Source of the DNA: Nitrososphaerota archaeon
GTDB taxonomy: Archaea; Thermoproteota; Nitrososphaeria; Nitrososphaerales; UBA57
Direction: 5' to 3'
Length of the DNA stretch: 16,429 nt
Assembly (NCBI GenBank): GCA_013378385.1
Contig: JACAFS010000021.1
Span: forward strand, 1-16,429
The notes beneath the pieces were generated by a model. That model was not told the DNA's origin. It saw only the letters and a list, made by a program, of their open reading frames with translations, and made no database searches. The position numbers were made by a program, and so were the translations under genes. Shown here one piece after another: positions 1 through 7,249 of the stretch; the stretch's first letter is position 1; each line of letters opens with the position of its first letter.

Positions 1-674
1 CATCTCCACACTTCCTTTTGCGTATCTATATCATAAGCAACAACAAATCCTCTTCCGCCACCGTCTTGCACAGAAGGTCTTGCTATTAACAAGTTCTCAA
101 AAACTACTGGAGCATGTTCTCCAAAGTACAGACCTGTATTTCCTTCTACATCTTTACAAACATCTTTTATTACAAATATTTCTGCTCCATTTAATGCATC
201 CAGTGCTATTATTCTACAATCTGATGCCATCATGTATATTGTTCCCTCGTGATATGTTAGACTCTTCTGACTCAATACGGGCCACCACCATTCTTCATCA
301 ACGAATTCCATAACATCTGCTTGATATTGCCATACCTCTGCACCAGTTTCTGCATTGATTGCAATTATTCTGTTATAGAATGTTGCAATGTATACTATTC
401 CACTTACAACTAAAGGCGCCGTTTGAAGACCTAAAGCAGGGGCTACATATGGAATCTTGAATGGATCTTCAGGAACTTGATATATCCAACTCAGAACTAA
501 ATTGTCTACATTATCTTTGTTGATTATATCTTGTGGATGAAAATTTGTATTTTGTTCATCTGCTGCAGGCTTTATCCAATTCAATTCCGCATCCTGAGAA
601 ATAGCAACAGGTATACTTGTTGCTAACAATAAAAATATAATAAAAAATGAACTTCCATATTTATTTATAATCAT
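1..674 (-). CDS. PQQ-type beta-propeller dehydrogenase paralog '0', N-terminal part only (3' end runs off the left window edge)
   Basis: Absent from the supplied ORF track because it is truncated. Hand translation of the minus strand from ATG (674-672) stays open to the window edge: MIINKYGSSFFIIFLLLATSIPVAISQDAELNWIKPAADEQNTNFHPQDIINKDNVDNLVLSWIYQVPEDPF..TAPLVVSGIVYIATFYNRIIAINAETGAEVWQY..ASDCRIIALDALNGAEIFVIKDVCKD..SVQDGGGRGFVVAYDIDTQKEVWR. It has a Sec-type signal peptide, the quinoprotein N-terminal motif (P..I...NV..L...W), propeller-blade motifs (P.vv.G..Y....r..A.nA.TG...W) and the GGRG-x-V-x-AYD motif. The ORF at 80..313 (+) is antisense to it. Confidence 0.8.
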   Translation of the reverse strand, partial: MIINKYGSSFFIIFLLLATSIPVAISQDAELNWIKPAADEQNTNFHPQDIINKDNVDNLVLSWIYQVPEDPFKIPYVAPALGLQTAPLVVSGIVYIATFYNRIIAINAETGAEVWQYQADVMEFVDEEWWWPVLSQKSLTYHEGTIYMMASDCRIIALDALNGAEIFVIKDVCKDVEGNTGLYFGEHAPVVFENLLIARPSVQDGGGRGFVVAYDIDTQKEVWR

Positions 675-697
675 TAAATTACTTTGCCTCTGCATGG

Positions 698-708
698 ATT
701 TAAAGGTT
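698..708 (-). promoter_or_regulatory. BRE/TATA-like box AACCTTTAAAT for paralog 0 (leaderless-type spacing)
   Basis: On the minus strand AACCTTTAAAT starts about 34 nt upstream of the ATG at 674, with its centre about 28 nt upstream. Similar AACCTATTA elements sit at the same distance from the paralog genes starting at 10480 and 15372. Confidence 0.4.
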
Positions 709-764
709 AATAAAATATTGCAAAATATTAATAAGATTATTATGGAAATTTCTTATTGATAATG

Positions 765-803
765 AAGAAAAATTAGTTGATAAGCATCTTCTTGATGCTT
801 ATC
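765..803 (-). terminator. Hairpin plus T-tract terminator-like element downstream of the 836..1996 gene
   Basis: Perfect 10-bp inverted repeat GATAAGCATC (779-788) / GATGCTTATC (794-803) with a 5-nt loop. It lies 33 nt after the minus-strand stop at 836. On the minus strand it is followed by AACTAATTTTTCTT (T5 at 772-768). Confidence 0.5.
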
Positions 804-835
804 GTATATTTTATGAATTATGAAGAATTCTTCTA

Positions 836-1996
836 CTAACCTATGCCTTTAGGTAAGTCACTACCTAATCCTAAGCTTTGGAATTCTTCCACGTATTCTT
901 CTTCTTTCTTAACGTGTTCTTCTTTTGGATAGTGGATGAATCCTTTGTCTAATGCTTGGCTTACCCAATATTCAGTAACAGTTCCAGGTCGTGCTGGTAC
1001 CATTCCATCTAGTGTTCTTCCTAGTTCATTCTGCCAATCACTACTGCATATGAAGTTAAAGAATAACTCTGCTGCACCTTTGTTTTTACCTGCAGCTGTT
1101 AGACCGGCACATCTTGCTATGGCTGATGGTGGAATATCTGTTAATACGAGTGGTTTCAAACCTCCTTCTCTCATGTAAGAATAGTCATCTCCCATTCCTT
1201 GTTTACGAAGTGTTGCTGGTAGACCAAAAACGTGTTGGCCCAGACCTAGATTATGCGTCATGTGTAGAAGACATTCATACGTAGCAGGCGCAACATTCTT
1301 TGCCATTGATTTCATAAGTTCGGTCCATTTACTTTCACCTATGTGTTCTTTTAATGAAATTAAATAATAGAATCCCATCTTTCCTTCAGGAAATCTTACA
1401 AGTGACTGAATTGCATGACTTGTCTGAATTTTCTGTCCAGCTATTCCTACTTTTCCGTTAACTTCACTCCATTTTGGATCAACATATTCATCAAATGTCG
1501 TTGGAAGATAATCTAAACCTCCTTTGTCGGCATATAGCTTATTGAATAATGCATCATTGTAAACAACTCCTGTTGGCTCAACTGCCATTGCTGCCCATGT
1601 GGCTTTTTCATTTTTAATTATGTCTGGCCATAATTTGAGATGCGTCTTCTTTATGTATGAATTACATTCTCGCAGCATTCCTTTGTTTGTCATTTGTATT
1701 AGCATGAATTGTGGCATCATTACTACATCTGCAGTACCTGGTTCGATATGCCTGTTGTCTCCATCACTTGGTAGATCCTTGAATAATTCTGCCTCTCGTT
1801 CAATTCTTCTTTCAATTGGTACTGGGTGGGATGAAATATATTCAACATGTAGATTTAGGTGTTCATATTTCTTACGAAATGCCTTGACAGAATTCTGTAA
1901 TACTCCTCTTAATGAAGCATATATGATTAGTTTTCCATCTTCTTTTGCGGCTCTTTCCATTTCTTTTAATTCTAGATTCTCATATCCTTGTGTCAT
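836..1996 (-). CDS. ABC-type substrate-binding-protein-fold protein (Fe3+/polyamine-type, family 1) lacking any signal peptide or membrane anchor
   Basis: 386-aa ORF. N-terminus EDGKLIIYASLRG..VKAFRKKYEHLNLHVEY..ADVVM and later WAAMAVEPTGVVYND resemble the N-lobe of periplasmic Fe3+/spermidine-type binding proteins. An in-frame stop at 2045-2047 blocks N-terminal extension, and the other two frames of 1997-2090 are closed. A TATA-like box at 2018-2025 lies about 25 nt upstream of ATG 1996. Confidence 0.65.
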   Translation of the reverse strand: MTQGYENLELKEMERAAKEDGKLIIYASLRGVLQNSVKAFRKKYEHLNLHVEYISSHPVPIERRIEREAELFKDLPSDGDNRHIEPGTADVVMMPQFMLIQMTNKGMLRECNSYIKKTHLKLWPDIIKNEKATWAAMAVEPTGVVYNDALFNKLYADKGGLDYLPTTFDEYVDPKWSEVNGKVGIAGQKIQTSHAIQSLVRFPEGKMGFYYLISLKEHIGESKWTELMKSMAKNVAPATYECLLHMTHNLGLGQHVFGLPATLRKQGMGDDYSYMREGGLKPLVLTDIPPSAIARCAGLTAAGKNKGAAELFFNFICSSDWQNELGRTLDGMVPARPGTVTEYWVSQALDKGFIHYPKEEHVKKEEEYVEEFQSLGLGSDLPKGIG

Positions 1997-2017
1997 AGCA
2001 TGTAAATTATAGATTTG

Positions 2018-2025
2018 ATTTAAAA
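2018..2025 (-). promoter_or_regulatory. TATA-like box (TTTTAAAT on the minus strand) for the 836..1996 gene
   Basis: A/T box centred about 25 nt upstream of ATG 1996. The spacing matches the other first-in-unit genes in the window. Confidence 0.35.
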
Positions 2026-2090
2026 CACTATATGTAGAATTATTCTAACTTAGTCACTTAGATTGATTATGCCTGTTGATTTAATCCAAA

Positions 2091-3209
2091 TCATTCTTTC
2101 ACAACATGACATGCTGAGTCTGGTATCTCGATATATACATCTTCTCCACTCTCATGAAGAGAATGTATTGTTTCATTACTTCCTTCTTCAGGAATTATAA
2201 ATTCCTCTATGCTCTTTGGAACTTTTATTACCTGATCATTAACTATCATCTTATACTCAACAATTTGACCTGCATAAGTTGCACTTTTTATTTTTGCAGG
2301 TAAAAGATTATCGACTGGCCTTTTATTATTATGAATGACTACTTCTGTACCTCTGATCAATATTCCGACTTCTTCATTTTCATTCCAGTCTCTTTGTTTT
2401 CTACAAACAATCTTGTGATTTCCTATCTTTATCTCCACAGTTTTTTCTGAATTATTTGAAACATTTCCTTTTATTAACGACATGTCTCCCAATATAATTC
2501 CAGCATAAGAATTTGGAGGATCTCTCAATAAATCTATCGGCGTTCCTGTAGCTTTGATTACTCCTTTATCCATGATGATTATGTGATCGCTCAATGATAA
2601 TGCTTCAGTTCTATCGTGTGTTACATATATTGTTGTTAATTTTAATCTTCTTTGTAAATCCTTCAATTCAGTACGCATCTCATCTCTTAATACTACATCT
2701 AAATTACTAAGCGGTTCATCTAGTAATAATAGAGTTGGGTTGTATACCAATGCTCTTGCTAAAGAAACTCTTTGTTGTTGCCCTCCACTAAGATTTGGCA
2801 CTAACCTGTCTTCGAGTCCATTTAATTTTACTAATTTTAATATATCTAAAACTTTTTTTCTAATTTCATCCTTTCCCATCTTTCTAATTTGTAAAGGATA
2901 AGCAACATTTTCAAACACTGTCATGTGAGGCCATAGAGCATATGATTGATACACCATTCCCATTCCTCGTTTTTCAGTCGGAGTAAACAAGTTTTCATTC
3001 TTAGAAAATAATACTTGATCACCCAGTTTCATCTTTCCTCCATCGGGTCTCTCAACTCCCACTATACACCTCAATACAGTTGTTTTTCCACATCCACTAG
3101 GACCTAAAATCGTAACAAATTTTTCACTAGGCACTGTAAAATTAATATTATCAACAACTAAATTATCCCCAAATCTTTTTGTTAATTTTTCAATTATCAG
3201 TTCAGCCAT
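2091..3209 (-). CDS. ABC transporter ATP-binding protein, MalK/PotA/FbpC/UgpC type with C-terminal TOBE-like regulatory domain
   Basis: 372 aa. Walker A GPSGCGKTT, Q-loop VYQSYALWPH, signature LSGGQQQRVSLARAL, Walker B LLLLDEPLSNLD, H-loop YVTHD. An extension of about 130 aa follows the ATPase core, as in importer ATPases with a TOBE/MalK regulatory domain. Confidence 0.9.
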   Translation of the reverse strand: MAELIIEKLTKRFGDNLVVDNINFTVPSEKFVTILGPSGCGKTTVLRCIVGVERPDGGKMKLGDQVLFSKNENLFTPTEKRGMGMVYQSYALWPHMTVFENVAYPLQIRKMGKDEIRKKVLDILKLVKLNGLEDRLVPNLSGGQQQRVSLARALVYNPTLLLLDEPLSNLDVVLRDEMRTELKDLQRRLKLTTIYVTHDRTEALSLSDHIIIMDKGVIKATGTPIDLLRDPPNSYAGIILGDMSLIKGNVSNNSEKTVEIKIGNHKIVCRKQRDWNENEEVGILIRGTEVVIHNNKRPVDNLLPAKIKSATYAGQIVEYKMIVNDQVIKVPKSIEEFIIPEEGSNETIHSLHESGEDVYIEIPDSACHVVKE

Positions 3210-3334
3210 ATCTAATCACTAAGTTGTTTATGAATATACTTTGTAATTTATTAATAATTTCATATCTAGAAATTAGTGGTAACGACACTTCGAAAAAGCA
3301 ATGTTTATCTTAAACTAAAAATATCGTGTAACAT
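3210..3334. promoter_or_regulatory. Divergent promoter region with two TATA-like boxes
   Basis: Minus-strand TATATT (3233-3238) is centred about 26 nt upstream of ATG 3209. Plus-strand TTTATCTTAAA (3304-3314) is centred about 26 nt upstream of the TTG start at 3335. Confidence 0.4.
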
Positions 3335-4843
3335 TTGTCATCTAATGTATCTAGACGTAAATTTTTAGGTTTAGCTGGAGCTGCAGTTGGTCTTGGCGCA
3401 GCTGGCTATTATGGACTAAACAACCTTGGTCAAAGTCCTACTACAACTGAGCCTGGTGCCCCTGGCGCTCTTGCTGATCGATATACTCGTCTTGCATTAC
3501 CAAAAAATCCACAAAATTACCTTCCTGACGAATATGTTGACTTCATTCGTTGGCTCGAATCAGTCTCTGAAAACATAGCCGGAAATAGTTTGAGAATTGC
3601 CATAGAGGCTGAAGTTGGCCCTCGTTCATTACATCGTAATCGTATTGATTTTGAAACATCCACCGGAGTAGAGTTGAAACTGGAATTTGACATCTATAAA
3701 AATAATCTTTCAAAATGTTTATTGGCGGTTTCTACTCAATCTCCAACTTTTGACATAATGAATATCGACGTTTCTCAAGTAGGTCGTTTTGCCCCACATA
3801 TATTGACTATTGAACATTTAATGGAAACCTATCCTGAACTTACTTATCCAGGACTTAATGTAGACGACTTTGTAGCTCCTGTAAAAAACTTCACATGTAC
3901 TTATCCACCAAGTCTTGGTGCGCCTTGGAATATTGATTTTAATGGAACCTTCACTCAATTCCCTCAAGAAGTTCCTTTAATGCTTCGTTTTTTTAGAAAG
4001 GACCTATATTCTGAAGAAGGCCGTGAAGTTGGAGTTACTTGGGATGAATATCTTGATGACATAAGACATTTTCATGATCCTTCTAGAACGAAATTCGGTA
4101 CCGTATTAATGGCTGCTAAATTCCCATCAATAATTATGGAATTTCATAATTGGTTATATTCATTTGGCGGTAAACTCTGGGATATTAAAAAAGACGGTCA
4201 TATTACTGCTGATATAAATAGCGATGTCGCTGTTTCTGCATTAGAACATTATTTAGAAGTAAGTAAATACGCCGAACCTAATTCTGCATTCTATGGATGG
4301 GCTCCTGCAGCTGAATCAATGTCTCAAAGACGAGCTGCTACATGTATTAATCTCACCGAATTTGCATCTTTGATGGACATTCCTGGAGAATCTTATGTAG
4401 TTCGTCAGGTAGGTTATGCTAGAAACCCTGTTGGAGACGCCGGTGCATCCCATCATTATTCTGGTGCAGGTTTAGCTATTCCAAAATATTCAAGAAATCC
4501 TGCAGCTGCATGGGTCTTTATTCAATGGGCTACTGTAGCTTCTATGCAATTGATTGCAGCTATGGATCCACTAGCTCTTGCAGTACCTACTAGAAAGTCT
4601 GTTTACGAAAATCCAAATGTTCAAGAACTAGTAAAAGAAGGAACTATAAGACATTTTGACACTGTTAAGAATGCTATAGATAGAGACGAGATTAATATTA
4701 AACCCGGATTCCCTAAATGGGATTCAATTGAAGGCGAAATGTTAAACCAACTTAATCAAGTTATTCGAGGTAACCTTTCTCCTCGCGACGCACTAAATAT
4801 TGTTCAAAAGCGAGCAGACGATGTAGGACCTTTTACTTTCTAA
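3335..4843 (+). CDS. Extracellular solute-binding protein, family 1 (carbohydrate/UgpB-like), with twin-arginine (Tat) signal
   Basis: 502 aa with a TTG start. The upstream in-frame GTG at 3326 is immediately followed by a stop. N-terminus MSSNVSRRKFLGLAGAAVGLGAAGY matches the S/T-R-R-x-F-L-K Tat consensus plus an h-region, followed by a Thr/Pro-rich linker SPTTTEPGAPGA. The body shows the family-1 SBP pattern (..FETSTGVELKLEF..SPTFDIMNID.. FGGKLWD..INSDVAVSALEHYLE.. GLAIPKYSRNPAAAWVFIQWAT). Confidence 0.85.
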   Translation: MSSNVSRRKFLGLAGAAVGLGAAGYYGLNNLGQSPTTTEPGAPGALADRYTRLALPKNPQNYLPDEYVDFIRWLESVSENIAGNSLRIAIEAEVGPRSLHRNRIDFETSTGVELKLEFDIYKNNLSKCLLAVSTQSPTFDIMNIDVSQVGRFAPHILTIEHLMETYPELTYPGLNVDDFVAPVKNFTCTYPPSLGAPWNIDFNGTFTQFPQEVPLMLRFFRKDLYSEEGREVGVTWDEYLDDIRHFHDPSRTKFGTVLMAAKFPSIIMEFHNWLYSFGGKLWDIKKDGHITADINSDVAVSALEHYLEVSKYAEPNSAFYGWAPAAESMSQRRAATCINLTEFASLMDIPGESYVVRQVGYARNPVGDAGASHHYSGAGLAIPKYSRNPAAAWVFIQWATVASMQLIAAMDPLALAVPTRKSVYENPNVQELVKEGTIRHFDTVKNAIDRDEINIKPGFPKWDSIEGEMLNQLNQVIRGNLSPRDALNIVQKRADDVGPFTF

Positions 4844-4884
4844 CTATAGTAAATGCTTAATAGTTTGATTATTATTGATTTATC

Positions 4885-4893
4885 AGGGGAGAT
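4885..4893 (+). promoter_or_regulatory. Shine-Dalgarno-like AGGGGAGAT upstream of ATG 4896
   Basis: The GGAG-containing purine motif ends 2 nt before ATG 4896. It lies inside the N-terminal extension that the ORF track predicts from TTG 4875. Confidence 0.45.
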
Positions 4894-4895
4894 TT

Positions 4896-5819
4896 ATGTC
4901 AACAAATATTATTGTAGATGCTGTCAACGTTACAAAACAGTATGGCGATTTTAAAGCACTAGATGATTTATCACTTCAAGTTGAACGTGGTGGCGTCTGG
5001 GCATTGTTAGGTCCAAATGGTGCAGGTAAAACTACATTTTTGAAATGTTTGTTAGGTCTAAAAGAATTTTCAGGCGAAATTAAAATTGATGGTTACAATA
5101 TTCAGAAAGATCCAAAGAAAGCAAAATATCAGATTGGATATGTTCCACAACATCCTTCATTGTATAATGAAATGTCTGTTCAAGAATCGTTAAGATACTT
5201 TGGTGATATGCGTGATGTAAAACGTTCACGTCTACGTGAACTCCTAGAATTTGTCGGCCTTGAGTTATGGGCTCGTCAACCTGTCGGAGCATTATCTGGC
5301 GGAATGCAACAACGACTTATGCTTGCTATTGCTTTACTTTCTGATCCACCAGTTCTTCTTTTAGATGAACCTACTGCAAATCTTGACGTTAATCGTCAGG
5401 TTGAATTTAGGAACTTAATTAGCCTGCTTGTAAAAGAAGGAAAAACAGTCGTTCTCACTACTCACTTGTTAGGTGATGTTGATCATATAGCAGAAAAAAT
5501 CATGCTTTTAAATAAAGGACGACTTGTTGTAAAGTCCTCAGTTAGTGATCTATTCAAACAATTAGATTTGACTTCTCAAATGTTTGTAGAAATTACTGAT
5601 AGTGCAAAGGAACAAGATGCTATTTCTGCACTAGAAAAAGCAGGGGCCAATGATATACAAGTAAAAGGTAGTTGGTATGAAATGCGTATTGATCCATCGA
5701 AGAAAATATCTGTTATTAATAATTTGCGAGAAAAAGACTGCACAATTAATGATTTCAAAATTGAAGAACCTAATCTTGAAGACGCATTTAAGAAAATTAC
5801 ATCAGGAGAGGAAAATTAA
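4896..5819 (+). CDS. ABC transporter ATP-binding protein, ABC-2 subfamily (NosF/DrrA/CcmA-like)
   Basis: Walker A GPNGAGKTT, Q-loop YVPQ, signature LSGGMQQRLMLAIAL, Walker B VLLLDEPTANLD, H-loop TTHLL. It has the roughly 90-aa C-terminal domain typical of ABC-2 ATPases. I prefer ATG 4896 (MSTNIIVDAV..) over the track start at TTG 4875, because of the SD-like motif and because the ABC core begins right after it. The stop overlaps the next start (TAATG at 5817-5821). Confidence 0.9.
   Translation: MSTNIIVDAVNVTKQYGDFKALDDLSLQVERGGVWALLGPNGAGKTTFLKCLLGLKEFSGEIKIDGYNIQKDPKKAKYQIGYVPQHPSLYNEMSVQESLRYFGDMRDVKRSRLRELLEFVGLELWARQPVGALSGGMQQRLMLAIALLSDPPVLLLDEPTANLDVNRQVEFRNLISLLVKEGKTVVLTTHLLGDVDHIAEKIMLLNKGRLVVKSSVSDLFKQLDLTSQMFVEITDSAKEQDAISALEKAGANDIQVKGSWYEMRIDPSKKISVINNLREKDCTINDFKIEEPNLEDAFKKITSGEEN
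5804..5810 (+). promoter_or_regulatory. Shine-Dalgarno-like AGGAGAG upstream of ATG 5819
   Basis: AGGAG at 5804-5808, with 10 nt between its end and ATG 5819. It lies inside the 3' end of the ATPase gene. The 1-nt stop/start overlap suggests translational coupling. Confidence 0.45.
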
Positions 5820-6694
5820 TGACTAGTCCATTTCTTATGATTATGAGAAAAGAACTGAAAGATTCTCTTCAGAGTAAATGGCTTATTACTTTCGGTGTAA
5901 CTTTCTTCTTTCTAGCACTTGGTGTGCCTTATATTATTCTTGGAGCTGGCGGTTTATTGCCGGGAGATTATCCTGGTATGGTAGTTGGAACGCTTGTCAC
6001 ACTTGCAGTTCCTCTTGTCCCATTAGTTTCATTAGCTATGTCTTCTACCACTATCGCTGGTGAAAGAGAGGTTGGAACTATGGAATATCTTCTTGCACAA
6101 CCTGCAACAAAATTTGAAGTATTCTTTGGTAAATATCTTGGTTTAGTAACATCTCTTACTTTGGCAATGTTCTTGGGTTATGGCGGTGCCGAGCTTATTG
6201 TTTATTCTACTAATCCTGAATTTATTGCTTCTTTCATCTATGCCTTATTATATTCACTAATGCTTGCTGGCGCATCTGTCGGTTTAGGATTCATTGTATC
6301 TGTTTCAGTAAAAACTCGTGCTGCAGCTATAGGTACTGGATTATTCTTATGGTTTGTTCTAGTAGTAATTTATGATAGTGGTTTCTTAGGTGTTATTACT
6401 GTTGCACTCGACGCAGATTCATTGTTAGTTCCTCTTACTTTAGCGAATCCTGTGGAAACAACAAGAATACTTGCTTTAATGCATATGGCTGAAAGTCCAC
6501 TTAGAGGAGAACTTGGTCCACAAGCTGCATACTTACTACAAAACTATGGATCAATTACTGCATCAAGAATACTTTCAGGCGTTCTTGTCTTATGGGTTGT
6601 AGTCCCAGTTGCTATTTCATATATTATCGTCCGTAGACAGGATGCAACTATATATTTTTTTTATAATTCTCTTTTTGAATTTTTATTCAAGTAG
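5819..6694 (+). CDS. ABC-2 family permease, NosY-like ('multi-copper enzyme maturation' type permease family)
   Basis: 291 aa with about six hydrophobic helices. N-terminus MIMRKELKDSLQSKWLITFGV and the loop GEREVGTMEYLLAQPATKFEVFFGKYLG match the E-R-E-x-G-T-x-E signature of NosY/ABC-2 permeases. It is coupled to the upstream ATPase. Confidence 0.8.
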   Translation: MTSPFLMIMRKELKDSLQSKWLITFGVTFFFLALGVPYIILGAGGLLPGDYPGMVVGTLVTLAVPLVPLVSLAMSSTTIAGEREVGTMEYLLAQPATKFEVFFGKYLGLVTSLTLAMFLGYGGAELIVYSTNPEFIASFIYALLYSLMLAGASVGLGFIVSVSVKTRAAAIGTGLFLWFVLVVIYDSGFLGVITVALDADSLLVPLTLANPVETTRILALMHMAESPLRGELGPQAAYLLQNYGSITASRILSGVLVLWVVVPVAISYIIVRRQDATIYFFYNSLFEFLFK

Positions 6695-7143
6695 TATAGT
6701 ATTCCTGTTCCAGCAATTCCTAAAGTAAGAACTGAAATTACAATTAAAAGTTCATTCGAAATCTTCTGCCCAATATCATTACTTTCTTCTGTTTTTTGCA
6801 CTATGATGATTTCACTTTCAGTTTTTATGTATGTTTGTGAACCATCGAATTTTACTTGTACTTTGTATACTTCTTCCAAAGCTTGGAATTGAATGTTTGA
6901 ATATCCTTTATTGTCTGTGATTTTATTTGTAAAAATCCTATCATTAATATAAAAAACCAATATTTGATTGTTCACAGGTTTACCATCCGCGTTGAATAAA
7001 TTCGCCGATACATCGACTATATTGTCCTGCATCTTATTATTAACAACTGACAATTCGATTATTGTATCTTCTTTATTCGTCGCTTCAACATTCGGCGATA
7101 TCATTAATATTAACAATAAAATCGATTTGTACAATAGTCGCAT
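6661..7143 (-). CDS. Small surface protein: signal peptide + one Ig-like/carboxypeptidase-regulatory-like beta-sandwich domain + C-terminal TM anchor
   Basis: 160 aa. Signal peptide MRLLYKSILLLILMISPNVEA. The domain pattern V.V.A.L.NADGKPVNNQ.L.F.IN......TDNKGY..I.F.....Y.V.V.F.G...Y is typical of Ig-like/CarboxypepD_reg-type folds. C-terminal helix LLIVISVLTLGIAGTGILYYL is followed by NKNSKREL. Its 3' end overlaps the permease 3' end by 34 nt. Confidence 0.55.
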   Translation of the reverse strand: MRLLYKSILLLILMISPNVEATNKEDTIIELSVVNNKMQDNIVDVSANLFNADGKPVNNQILVFYINDRIFTNKITDNKGYSNIQFQALEEVYKVQVKFDGSQTYIKTESEIIIVQKTEESNDIGQKISNELLIVISVLTLGIAGTGILYYLNKNSKREL

Positions 7144-7249
7144 TATTATTAATCATATATGAATAAAATATTAGTTTTTTGATTAGATTCTTATAATAAA
7201 TTCTTAATCTAACAGCCAATTTATATAAAATAATTGACCAACATTCCCC
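7144..7249. promoter_or_regulatory. Divergent promoter region (Ig-like gene / paralog A) with TATA boxes and short repeats
   Basis: Plus-strand TTTATATAAAA (7220-7230) is centred about 25 nt upstream of ATG 7250. Minus-strand TATTTTAT (7163-7170) is about 23 nt upstream of ATG 7143. Direct repeat ATTCTTA (7187-7193, 7200-7206) is flanked by inverted TTAGATT (7183-7189) / AATCTAA (7206-7212). Confidence 0.45.

Noticed and set aside
4875-4895. TTG at 4875 as the start of the ABC-2 ATPase (track prediction MIYQGRFMSTN..)
   Set aside because: The seven extra codons contain the SD-like AGGGGAGAT motif that ends 2 nt before ATG 4896, and the conserved ABC N-terminus begins at MSTNIIVDAVNVTKQYG. 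ATG 4896 is the more plausible start.
5819-6694. Interpreting the NosF/NosY-like pair as evidence for nitrous-oxide reductase (nos) maturation
   Set aside because: No nosZ, nosD, nosL or nosR-like genes are present. The NosY-like label reflects a broad ABC-2 permease family, so only the generic family call is supported.
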